Below are positions 40,426-48,709 of a stretch of 61,697 nucleotides of DNA, piece by piece. Position 1 is the stretch's first letter; every line of letters begins with the position of its first letter. Source of the stretch: an uncultured Peptococcaceae bacterium (GTDB taxonomy: Bacteria > Bacillota > Desulfotomaculia > Desulfotomaculales > Desulfocucumaceae); the NCBI GenBank assembly GCA_958417755.1, contig CATZDY010000001.1, positions 1-61,697 of the forward strand, written 5' to 3'. The notes beneath the pieces were generated by a model. The model was not told the origin of the DNA. It saw only the letters and a list, made by a program, of their open reading frames with translations, and ran no database searches. The translations under genes and the position numbers were made by a program.

Positions 40426-41640
40426 CTAATTCCATTTTGGTGCGGTAAGGAAATGCCGGATATTTCGGTGCTTGATCCCATTGCGGCTCATGTCAAACTC
40501 ATCCAGCGAGACAACGTATTTCGGGAAGTTATCCCTGATGTAGTCATATGCATTGAACTCACGCTTGATTGTTTCCTCTGATGCAAGCAGATACGATACC
40601 TGGACATACAGCCTTTCGCCCTGCTTTTCGCAGACAAAATCGACTTCTTTTTCAGCAGCTTTGCCCACTGTAACAGTATAGCCCCGGCGCAATAGCTCCA
40701 TATATACGATGTTCTCGAGTATGAGATTGATATCCCGCATATTGCCGCCATAAACCGCTTCCCGGATGCCATGGTCGGCCATGTAGTATTTTTCGTTGAC
40801 CGTGAGGAGCTTCTTGCCCTGCAAATCCTGCCGCTTAACCCGGTAGAACAGGAAGGCATCCTCACACGCCTTGATGTAATTGAGGATGGTTTCGGGCGCA
40901 ACAGTGCGTCCCTCGTTCTTAAAATATTTAGAGATCGCTGTTGCGGAGAAGGTTGTTCCGATGTTGGCGATGATATAAGCGATGATACGCTCCAGCAAAT
41001 CAACATCACGTATCTTGTTTCTTTTTACGATATCCTTGAGAACCACCGAGTTGTAGAGATCCTGCAAATACTGGAAGCTCGGTTCCGTGGCATACTGAAG
41101 GTTACTCAGATATGGCATACCGCCTGCGGTCAGGTACCTGGTGAAGCACTGCGCTGTGGTACTGTCCAAAAACACAGTTCGATAAAGCTCGGTGAATTCG
41201 CCAAAGGAAAAGGGGTAAATGATGAATTCAACATACCGTCCGGCAAGATAGGAGGCAAGCTCGCCAGAAAGCAGCTTTGCGTTTGAGCCGGTAATGTAAA
41301 TGTCGCAGTCCAGCTCTACCCGGAAGGAGTTGACGCACTTTTCCCAGCTTTCCACTTCCTGTATTTCATCAAAGAAGAGATAGACTTTGCCGCTGATTTC
41401 CGAGGTGCGCTTCAAGATTTCTACATGAAGAGCTTCGGCGGTACAAAGATGCGCGTTGCTCATGTTTTCAAAATTGATGGAGATGAATTGTTTTTCGCTC
41501 ACATTGGAGGCCATTAGTTCATCTTTTATCAGATCTAGCATCACAGACTTCCCACTGCGGCGAATGCCTGTTAAAACCTTGACCAGATCGTTTCCGATGA
41601 AAGGACGAATACGTCTCAGGTATAATTCTCGTTTAATCAT
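40426..41640 (-). CDS. AAA+ ATPase of the AAA_14/DUF4143 family
   Basis: 404 aa. Walker A TGIRRSGKS and Walker B-like LFFDEIQ, with C-terminal DUF4143-like features. By eye, base composition is richer in G+C than the flanking genes. Confidence 0.8.
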   Translation of the reverse strand: MIKRELYLRRIRPFIGNDLVKVLTGIRRSGKSVMLDLIKDELMASNVSEKQFISINFENMSNAHLCTAEALHVEILKRTSEISGKVYLFFDEIQEVESWEKCVNSFRVELDCDIYITGSNAKLLSGELASYLAGRYVEFIIYPFSFGEFTELYRTVFLDSTTAQCFTRYLTAGGMPYLSNLQYATEPSFQYLQDLYNSVVLKDIVKRNKIRDVDLLERIIAYIIANIGTTFSATAISKYFKNEGRTVAPETILNYIKACEDAFLFYRVKRQDLQGKKLLTVNEKYYMADHGIREAVYGGNMRDINLILENIVYMELLRRGYTVTVGKAAEKEVDFVCEKQGERLYVQVSYLLASEETIKREFNAYDYIRDNFPKYVVSLDEFDMSRNGIKHRNIRHFLTAPKWN

Positions 41641-41705
41641 GAAGGAATTCCCCCCTTTTGGTGGTCGATTTTATGATATTACAGGTAGGAAATAAAAACA
41701 ATAAG

Positions 41706-41749
41706 ATATGTATATATTTATAAGATATAACTTTTAAATATATACATAT
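41706..41749. repeat. 15-bp perfect inverted repeat in the ATPase upstream region
   Basis: ATATGTATATATTTA (41706-41720) and TAAATATATACATAT (41735-41749), separated by 14 nt, lie 66-110 nt upstream of the ATPase start. Confidence 0.8.
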
Positions 41750-41916
41750 GGCAGAATATAAAAGATATGATGATTAGATGGTTTGCATCGCTTCACAAGG
41801 GTAACTTCATATTCCTGGGCCATTGATATCCCTTTTATTGCTTGCAACAAATTGGCTGACGCATTTTTTTAGGCAAAATGGTTATACTAGCAATAGAAAG
41901 GTGTAGGAGGCGAAGT

Positions 41917-42093
41917 GTGTTGCAATGCCCAATTTGTGGGGGAAAAGCCACTGGTAAAGTAGGCGTGGAACAATATTATTGCTGGGATTGTTGTGTGGAG
42001 TATCGGTTGAATAAAGAAGGCGTACAAATTTATGAAGTTGCGGAAGATGGTAGTCTGGTTGCCTTTGATCCAAATAATGAATGTTTGATATAG
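41917..42093 (+). CDS. 58-aa zinc-ribbon mini-protein (CxxC...CxxCC)
   Basis: AGGAGG (41905-41910) lies 6 nt before GTG 41917. Sequence: LQCPICGGKATGKVGVEQYYCWDCCVEYRLNKEG. Confidence 0.55.
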   Translation: MLQCPICGGKATGKVGVEQYYCWDCCVEYRLNKEGVQIYEVAEDGSLVAFDPNNECLI

Positions 42094-42315
42094 TTTTTAT
42101 AGGAAAAGCCGTTGCAATGTATGGGTTGATATATGGTTGCCGCAAACCTTGGTTCCTTACTGATACAAACAAAGTAATATCTGTTTTGTATCACAGATAA
42201 GTAGAACTATAAGGGATGTGTTGCAGCCTTTTTTGTTTCAATCACCTGTATTTGATTTTTTGATTCCAAATATATAAAGGGTAGGTAAAACGTTACATAA
42301 AAAGGGGCGAAACAG

Positions 42316-43350
42316 TTGGCTTGGTGGTCAAATCGGAGGGTGCAACGGGGCTTATTTTATGGTGTCATGGTTGGAGGGGCTATTTTTGTTCTTTGTTTGC
42401 TCCAGGGCGCCCTATCCAGTTTTGTTTTGGCAGCAGTGCTGGTTTATTTGCTTAGCCCAATGGTGGATGCAGTGGAGAAAAAAGGAACCAGCCGGGTGGT
42501 TTCCATATTAATTGTATATCTGGCCATGGCCATTATTGCTGTGGCTCTAGGGATATATGGGATTCCCAAGATGGTAGATCAATTGAATACATTGGCTGAT
42601 GCTGTGCCCACCTATACCAAGCAGATTCAAGATATCAGTGAAACCGTGCAGGAACGATACAGCAAGGCAGGATTGCCCCAAGAAATGAGAGAAATTGCTG
42701 ATGGCTGTATCAAACAAGTGGAACAAAGGATTCTTGCTATGGCAGAACGGGCCATAGAATCATTGCTTGGTTTGTTCGGCCATATTTTGAATATTATTTT
42801 AGCGCCAGTCTTGGCTTTTTATCTACTAAAAGATATGAGGCGGTTTAAAACTGATTTTGCCCGGCTGTTGCCCAAGTCTTGGCGGATGGATGCCTTGGAA
42901 TTGCTCAGGGACATCAACCAGGTGTTGAAAAGCTATGTCCAAGGCTATTTACTGGTGGCTTTGATTGTGGGCTGTTTGATGGGTCTAAGCCTTTGGATTT
43001 TGGGGGTAGATTTTGCCCTAACCTTAGGAATTTTCGCCGGGCTTATGGAGCTGATTCCCTATTTTGGTCCTTTTATTGGGGCAATCCCAGCAGTGGCTTT
43101 GGCTTTATTAACCTCCAAGTGGCTGGCTTTCAAAGTTGTTTTGGTATTTTTTATTATGCAGCAAGTGGAAGGCAATGTGATTTCGCCCAAATTGTTGGGG
43201 GATAAGGTGGGCTTGCATCCTTTGGCAGTGATTGTTTTCTTATTGGCTGGGGGGAAATTATACGGTTTAATGGGCATGTTATTGGCTGTGCCTCTGGCAG
43301 CAGTGGTCAAAATCATAGTTTCCTTTGCCTGGCGTAAGATTGCATCATAA
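42316..43350 (+). CDS. AI-2E family transporter (PerM/YrrI-like permease)
   Basis: 344 aa with about 8 TM segments and the conserved ELIPYFGPFIGAIP segment. It sits upstream of alaS, like Bacillus yrrI. Confidence 0.85.
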   Translation: MAWWSNRRVQRGLFYGVMVGGAIFVLCLLQGALSSFVLAAVLVYLLSPMVDAVEKKGTSRVVSILIVYLAMAIIAVALGIYGIPKMVDQLNTLADAVPTYTKQIQDISETVQERYSKAGLPQEMREIADGCIKQVEQRILAMAERAIESLLGLFGHILNIILAPVLAFYLLKDMRRFKTDFARLLPKSWRMDALELLRDINQVLKSYVQGYLLVALIVGCLMGLSLWILGVDFALTLGIFAGLMELIPYFGPFIGAIPAVALALLTSKWLAFKVVLVFFIMQQVEGNVISPKLLGDKVGLHPLAVIVFLLAGGKLYGLMGMLLAVPLAAVVKIIVSFAWRKIAS

Positions 43351-43417
43351 AAGTTCGACAAAAGAATAAACACTTCCCGCATATATGACAGAAAAATTAA
43401 TTTTCAGCTGCAAATCA

Positions 43418-43446
43418 TTTACATGAAGTGGCAGCTAGGGTATAAA
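43418..43446 (+). promoter_or_regulatory. candidate sigma-A promoter of alaS
   Basis: TTTACA (43418-43423), 17-nt spacer, TATAAA (43441-43446). Confidence 0.55.
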
Positions 43447-43546
43447 TAAAAACCAATACAACAGAACAAAATGGGGTAATAGTATCTAGATCATTGTTTG
43501 TGAAACGGAATGTATAAAATTTAGAAAAAAAGTTGGAGTGATTTTC

Positions 43547-46186
43547 TTGAAAAGAATGTCCGGGAGTGAAATTCGGGAGGCGTATTTGCGGTTTTTTGAG
43601 AGTAAGGGTCACAAAAGATTGCCCAGTGCATCTTTGATTCCGGCGAATGATCCCAGTATTTTATGGACTGCTGCCGGAATGGTTCCTTTTAAACCCTATT
43701 TTACAGGAGCAGCAAAGCCAGAGGTGCGAAGGATAACCACATGCCAAAAATCTTTGCGTACCCCTGACATAGAATCAGTTGGTCGTACAGCGAGACACCA
43801 TACTTTTTTTGAAATGTTGGGCAACTTTTCCTTTGGTGATTATTTTAAAAAAGAAGCCATTCCTTGGGCCTGGGAATTTGTAACCAAATGCCTGGAAATG
43901 CCTGTGGAATCTTTGTGGATTACCATTTATTTGGATGATGATGAAGCCTTTGAAATTTGGAATAAAGATGTGGGCGTGTCAGCGGACCGCATCGTACGGT
44001 TGGACAAGGATACGAATTTCTGGGAGATCGGCGTGGGACCCTGTGGGCCTTGCTCAGAAATTTATGTAGACTTAGGCGCAGATAAGGGATGCGACTCACC
44101 GGATTGTGCTGTAGGTTGTGATTGTGATCGCTATCTCGAAATATGGAATTTGGTGTTTATTCAATTTTTTAGGGATGAAGCAGGAAATTATACCCCCTTG
44201 GAAAGCAAGGGCATTGATACAGGGATGGGCTTGGAACGGGTAGCGTCAGTGCTGCAAAATGTTCCTTCCAATTTTGATACGGATATCTTTCGGGAAATCA
44301 TGGATTTTGCAGCCAATGAAATTGGGGTGCAATATGGGACGGATCAAAAAACAGATTTGGCTTTAAAGGTGATTGCAGATCATTGCCGGGCTGTTACCTT
44401 TGCTGTGGCTGACGGCGCCTTTCCTTCCAATGAAGGCAGAGGATATGTTTTGCGGCGGCTGATCCGGCGGGCTGTACGTTTTGGCCGTTTGTTGGGAGAA
44501 ACAAAGCCTTTCTTATATAAAGTATCCAGCGCCATTATTGCCCAAATGTCTTCTGTATATCCAGAATTGGAGAAATACAAAGATAATGTGTTAAAAGTAT
44601 TGCGCACAGAGGAAGAACGGTTTGGGGAAACTTTATCCCAAGGAACGGAAATATTAAATAAATTGGTGCAAGAGGCGGAAAAAGCTGGACAAAAGGTAAT
44701 TAGCGGCCTGGATGCATTTAAATTGTACGATACTTACGGCTTTCCTTTGGAATTGACCAAAGAGATGGCGGAGGAAAATGGATTGGGTGTGGATGAGGAC
44801 GGTTTTACCCAAGCCATGGAAGAACAGCGGCAACGGGCGCGCAATGCCCGGCAGGAAACGGAATATATTTCCGAAATGGGGTCTCAATATAAGGATTTCC
44901 GGGATTCCCATGGAGAAACGGAATTTGTGGGCTATACCACCTTGGAAGCAGAAAGCCGGGTGTTGGCCTTATATAAAGAAGGGCAACGGGCAGATAGAGC
45001 AGTGGCTGGCGAAGAGATTCAGCTCATTTTGGATAGCACGCCTTGTTATGCGGAAGCAGGGGGGCAAGTGGCAGATTATGCTTTGGTTACAGGGGCAGAG
45101 GTTTCCATTGATATACGGGAAGTATTCAAACCTGTGGAAGGGTTGATTGTGCATAAAGGACGTATTAGCCAAGGCATGGTGCGGGAAAATGATGTGATCA
45201 AGGTTGCGGTGGATCAAAAGCGGCGTAAAGCAGTGGCCCGCAATCACTCAGCCACCCATTTGCTGCATAAATCCCTGAAAAGTATTTTGGGAGAGCATGT
45301 CAATCAAGCCGGTTCATCGGTGGATCCCGATAGGTTACGGTTTGACTTTACCCATTTGAGTCCAGTATCAAAGGATGAAATGTTACAAATTGAAAGCATT
45401 GTCAATCAAAACATACTGGCAAGTCTTCCTGTAACAACTTCCATTTGTTCCTTGCAAGAGGCGCAGACAGCAGGAGCCACTGCTTTGTTCGGGGAAAAAT
45501 ACGGGGAACAAGTGCGTATGGTTCAGATGGGAGATTTTAGTACCGAGCTTTGTGCAGGTACCCATGTGAGCAATACAGCGGAAGTTGGCTTGTGTAAGAT
45601 ATTGGGAGAAAGCTCCATTGGTTCAGGATTGCGCCGGATTGAAGCTGTAACTGGAGAAGGAGCCTTGCACTATATTCATGATAAGGACCAGCAGTTGGAA
45701 GCTATGGCTGAGGCTGTCAAAACCAGTGCCCATGAAGTGGTGCACCGGGTGGAATCCTTGGTGAAAGAGCATAAAGAATTGGAACGGGAAGCTGAAGCAT
45801 TGCGGGCTAAATTGGCTCATTTTGAAGTACAGAGCATGTTGGAAAGCGTGACAGAATTAAAAGGCGTTCCTTTCTTGGCCGCCAAAGTGTCGAACCGGGA
45901 TATGGACAGCCTGCGGGCAATGTTGGATTTATTGCGGGAACGCATGGAAAGCGGTGTGGTGGTGTTGGCCACTGCTGGGGGCGATAAGGTGCATTTGGTA
46001 ACCTCTGTGAGCAAGGATTTGCAAAGCAAGGGGTTGCATGCAGGAAAAATCATCAAAGAAGTGGCAGCTGTGGTGGATGGCAATGGCGGCGGTCGGCCGG
46101 ATATGGCCCAAGCTGGCGGGAAAAATGTACAACGCATCCAGGAGGCTTTGGATAAAGCCAAATCCGTTGTGTTGGGGCAACTATAA
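43547..46186 (+). CDS. alaS: alanine--tRNA ligase
   Basis: SGSEIREAYLRFFESKGH, HHTFFEMLGNFSFGDYFK, editing-domain HSATHLLH and a DHHA1 C-terminus. The GGAG SD favours TTG 43547. Confidence 0.93.
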   Translation: MKRMSGSEIREAYLRFFESKGHKRLPSASLIPANDPSILWTAAGMVPFKPYFTGAAKPEVRRITTCQKSLRTPDIESVGRTARHHTFFEMLGNFSFGDYFKKEAIPWAWEFVTKCLEMPVESLWITIYLDDDEAFEIWNKDVGVSADRIVRLDKDTNFWEIGVGPCGPCSEIYVDLGADKGCDSPDCAVGCDCDRYLEIWNLVFIQFFRDEAGNYTPLESKGIDTGMGLERVASVLQNVPSNFDTDIFREIMDFAANEIGVQYGTDQKTDLALKVIADHCRAVTFAVADGAFPSNEGRGYVLRRLIRRAVRFGRLLGETKPFLYKVSSAIIAQMSSVYPELEKYKDNVLKVLRTEEERFGETLSQGTEILNKLVQEAEKAGQKVISGLDAFKLYDTYGFPLELTKEMAEENGLGVDEDGFTQAMEEQRQRARNARQETEYISEMGSQYKDFRDSHGETEFVGYTTLEAESRVLALYKEGQRADRAVAGEEIQLILDSTPCYAEAGGQVADYALVTGAEVSIDIREVFKPVEGLIVHKGRISQGMVRENDVIKVAVDQKRRKAVARNHSATHLLHKSLKSILGEHVNQAGSSVDPDRLRFDFTHLSPVSKDEMLQIESIVNQNILASLPVTTSICSLQEAQTAGATALFGEKYGEQVRMVQMGDFSTELCAGTHVSNTAEVGLCKILGESSIGSGLRRIEAVTGEGALHYIHDKDQQLEAMAEAVKTSAHEVVHRVESLVKEHKELEREAEALRAKLAHFEVQSMLESVTELKGVPFLAAKVSNRDMDSLRAMLDLLRERMESGVVVLATAGGDKVHLVTSVSKDLQSKGLHAGKIIKEVAAVVDGNGGGRPDMAQAGGKNVQRIQEALDKAKSVVLGQL

Positions 46187-46370
46187 ACAAAAAAAGTTTA
46201 CAAAGGGCGGGCTTAGGCTTGCCCTTTGTAAAGGTAGGATTTTACTTTGTTTGGTGGAAAAATAAAAAAAGGAAAAGAAAAAATGATGGCGAATGAATGA
46301 ATACATAAGGTAACAATGATAAGGCTTTGCCTTACAATCATGAACATATATTTTAAGGGGGGACGAAACC

Positions 46371-46628
46371 GTGACAAAGGATGTATTTGAAGAAACAGTG
46401 ATGTTTAAAGTACAAGCCGAGGAGGTTAATCAAGCCAGAGAGATATTGCTTACGGTGTACTCCGCCCTGAAGCAAAAAGGGTACAATCCCATCAATCAAA
46501 TTGTAGGGTATTTGCTATCGGGGGATCCTGCTTATATTACCAGTCATGACAATGCGCGCAGTCTGATTCGTAAATTGGAACGGGATGAATTGTTAGAGGA
46601 ATTGGTAAAAGAATATTTGGAAAAATAG
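46371..46628 (+). CDS. ireB: IreB-family regulatory phosphoprotein (UPF0297/YrzL)
   Basis: [46 protein letters not shown] start after an AAGGGGGG SD. Confidence 0.9.
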   Translation: MTKDVFEETVMFKVQAEEVNQAREILLTVYSALKQKGYNPINQIVGYLLSGDPAYITSHDNARSLIRKLERDELLEELVKEYLEK

Positions 46629-46715
46629 CCCTGCTTTGCAGGGTATTTTGTTCTTTAAGAGGTTTGGCATGAAATAAGTTTCAGGAACAATGTGAAGGGT
46701 GGATAAGGGGCTGTG

Positions 46716-47663
46716 ATGGAATATCGTGAATTGGGGCAAACGGGTATCCGGGTATCCCGGTTATGTTTTGGCGCTTTGACCGTAGGTCCTTTGCAAGCAA
46801 ACCTTTCAGTGCAAGAGGGGGGGGCTGTGATTGCCCGGGCCTTGGATGCGGGGGTTAATTTTATTGATACAGCGGAATATTATCACACCTATGAACATAT
46901 CAAAGAAGGCATACAGGGTAGAGCCCAAGAGGTGGTAATTGCCAGCAAATCATATGCCTATACCAAAGACGGCATGCAAGAAAGCTTGGAAAAGGCCTTG
47001 CGCGAACTGGATAGGGATTATATTGACATTTTTTTGTTGCATGAGCAAGAATCAGCCCTTACCATAAAAGGTCATTGGGAGGCTGTGGAATTTTTATTGG
47101 GAGAGAAAAAAAAGGGGACTGTAAGGGCTTTGGGTATTTCTACCCATTCTGTGGAAGGGGTTGTGGCTGCTGCCCTTGTGCCAGAATTCGACATCATCCA
47201 TCCTTTGATTAATATTGCTGGCGTGGGGATTATGAAGGGCAACAGAGAAGATATGGAGCGGGCCATTGGGGAGGCCCATTTGATGGGAAAAGGCATGTAT
47301 GGGATGAAATCTTTGGGGGGAGGAAATTTACTGGCCCGGGTACAGGAGGCTTTTTCCTATGTGCTATCATTGCCCGGTTTATCTGCTGTGGCAGTGGGTA
47401 TGCGGACCCTGGCGGAAGTGGATTATAATGTAAAAATATTTGAAGGCTTGCTGCCGTCCCCAGAAGTCAGACAGCAAGTGGCGGCTGAACCTCGCCGATT
47501 GCATATTGAATCTTGGTGCGAGGGATGCGGCCAATGTTTGGCCCGTTGTGGGGCCAAAGCATTGCAGCTTGTGGATGGAAAAGCTACGGTGGATGAAAGT
47601 TTATGCCGTTTGTGCGGTTATTGCGGTGCTGTTTGTCCTGAATTTTGTATTAAAATTGTGTAG
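46716..47663 (+). CDS. aldo/keto reductase fused to a C-terminal 2x[4Fe-4S] ferredoxin-like domain
   Basis: AKR N-terminus (YRELGQTGIRVSRLCFG, GVNFIDTAEYY). C-terminal clusters CEGCGQCLARC and CRLCGYCGAVCP. Confidence 0.85.
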   Translation: MEYRELGQTGIRVSRLCFGALTVGPLQANLSVQEGGAVIARALDAGVNFIDTAEYYHTYEHIKEGIQGRAQEVVIASKSYAYTKDGMQESLEKALRELDRDYIDIFLLHEQESALTIKGHWEAVEFLLGEKKKGTVRALGISTHSVEGVVAAALVPEFDIIHPLINIAGVGIMKGNREDMERAIGEAHLMGKGMYGMKSLGGGNLLARVQEAFSYVLSLPGLSAVAVGMRTLAEVDYNVKIFEGLLPSPEVRQQVAAEPRRLHIESWCEGCGQCLARCGAKALQLVDGKATVDESLCRLCGYCGAVCPEFCIKIV

Positions 47664-47679
47664 CAAGGTGGTGAAATTG

Positions 47680-48102
47680 GTGCGGATTATGGGTCTTGAT
47701 CTGGGGGATAAAACCATTGGCGTGGCCATTAGCGATCCCCTGGGGTGGACTGCCCAGGGTGTGGAGGTCATCCGGAAAGAGGGAAAAAACGCCATGATGC
47801 AAAGATTGCAAGAATTGGTGGATTTGCACGAAGTATCCAAAATGGTGGTGGGGTTGCCCCGCAATATGGACGGGACCCTGGGAGAACGGGCGGAAAAGTC
47901 AAAAAAATTTGCCCAAGAAATCCAGCAACAATTGTCCTTACCTGTGGACTTATGGGATGAACGTTTGAGCACTGTGGCTGCGGAAAAGATGCTGATTGAG
48001 GCAGATACCCGCCGAAAAAAGCGTAAAAAGATTATTGATAAAGTGGCGGCAACCATTATTCTACAAAATTATTTGGATGCCCAAAGCAGTGGCAGAAGTT
48101 GA
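47680..48102 (+). CDS. ruvX: Holliday-junction-resolvase-like pre-16S rRNA nuclease RuvX (YqgF)
   Basis: RIMGLDLGDKTIGVAISDPLGWTAQG. AAGGTGGTGA SD before GTG 47680. The longer track ORF overlaps the upstream gene. Confidence 0.9.
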   Translation: MRIMGLDLGDKTIGVAISDPLGWTAQGVEVIRKEGKNAMMQRLQELVDLHEVSKMVVGLPRNMDGTLGERAEKSKKFAQEIQQQLSLPVDLWDERLSTVAAEKMLIEADTRRKKRKKIIDKVAATIILQNYLDAQSSGRS

Positions 48103-48167
48103 TTTTCTTGACAATTGTTAGGTTTCAGTTTACAATGTGAGGTAATTTTTATAGTGAGGTGAAAATT

Positions 48168-48515
48168 TTGTCTGAAAAAGAAAAGAATACATGTGGCAGC
48201 GGTTGTCATACAGAACATGAGCATGAGTGCGATTGTGAGGCAGATTGTGGTTGTGAGGAAGAAGTATTGACTTTGATTGATGAAAATGGTGAGGAACGGG
48301 ATTTTGCCGTCATAGATATTGTGGAAGTGGATGGAATGGAGTATGCCATTTTGTTGCCAGTGGAAGAAGATGGCGGTGAAGAGTCGGATGAAGCGATTAT
48401 TTTGCGGTTTGAAAAGGATGAAGATGGCAACGAATTGTTGGTAGATATTGATGATGATGAAGAATGGGAAAAAGTCGCGGATATTTGGGAAGAAATGATT
48501 GCACAAGAAGAATAA
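48168..48515 (+). CDS. DUF1292 (YrzB) protein with a Cys/His-rich N-terminal extension
   Basis: DUF1292 core LTLIDENGEERDFAVIDIVEVDGMEYAILLP plus an acidic tail. The N-terminus is CGSGCHTEHEHECDCEADCGCEE. The start is either TTG 48168 or GTG 48159. Confidence 0.85.
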   Translation: MSEKEKNTCGSGCHTEHEHECDCEADCGCEEEVLTLIDENGEERDFAVIDIVEVDGMEYAILLPVEEDGGEESDEAIILRFEKDEDGNELLVDIDDDEEWEKVADIWEEMIAQEE

Positions 48516-48542
48516 TCGGATATAATAACTATAACCGGATCT

Positions 48543-48580
48543 AACCGGCCTGTGGAGATCATCTTCCGCCGGTTTTTTTT
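48543..48580 (+). terminator. intrinsic terminator
   Basis: AACCGGC/GCCGGTT stem with an 18-nt loop, followed by T8. Confidence 0.7.
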
Positions 48581-48709
48581 ATTGCTCGCGTTTATGTTTT
48601 GCTTGACAAATAAATTTTCAATTGTGTCGAAAAATGGTGATCCTAGTAAAAGGAGTGGGAACTATTTTGCTTCATAAAACATCAAATTGTATAGGGGAGG
48701 GGTTTTGCG

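Noticed and set aside
43351-43546. Possible T-box or other riboswitch upstream of alaS.
   Set aside because: No GGTGGTACC core or terminator hairpin is present. Only a plausible promoter (TTTACA-17-TATAAA) and a short leader are seen.
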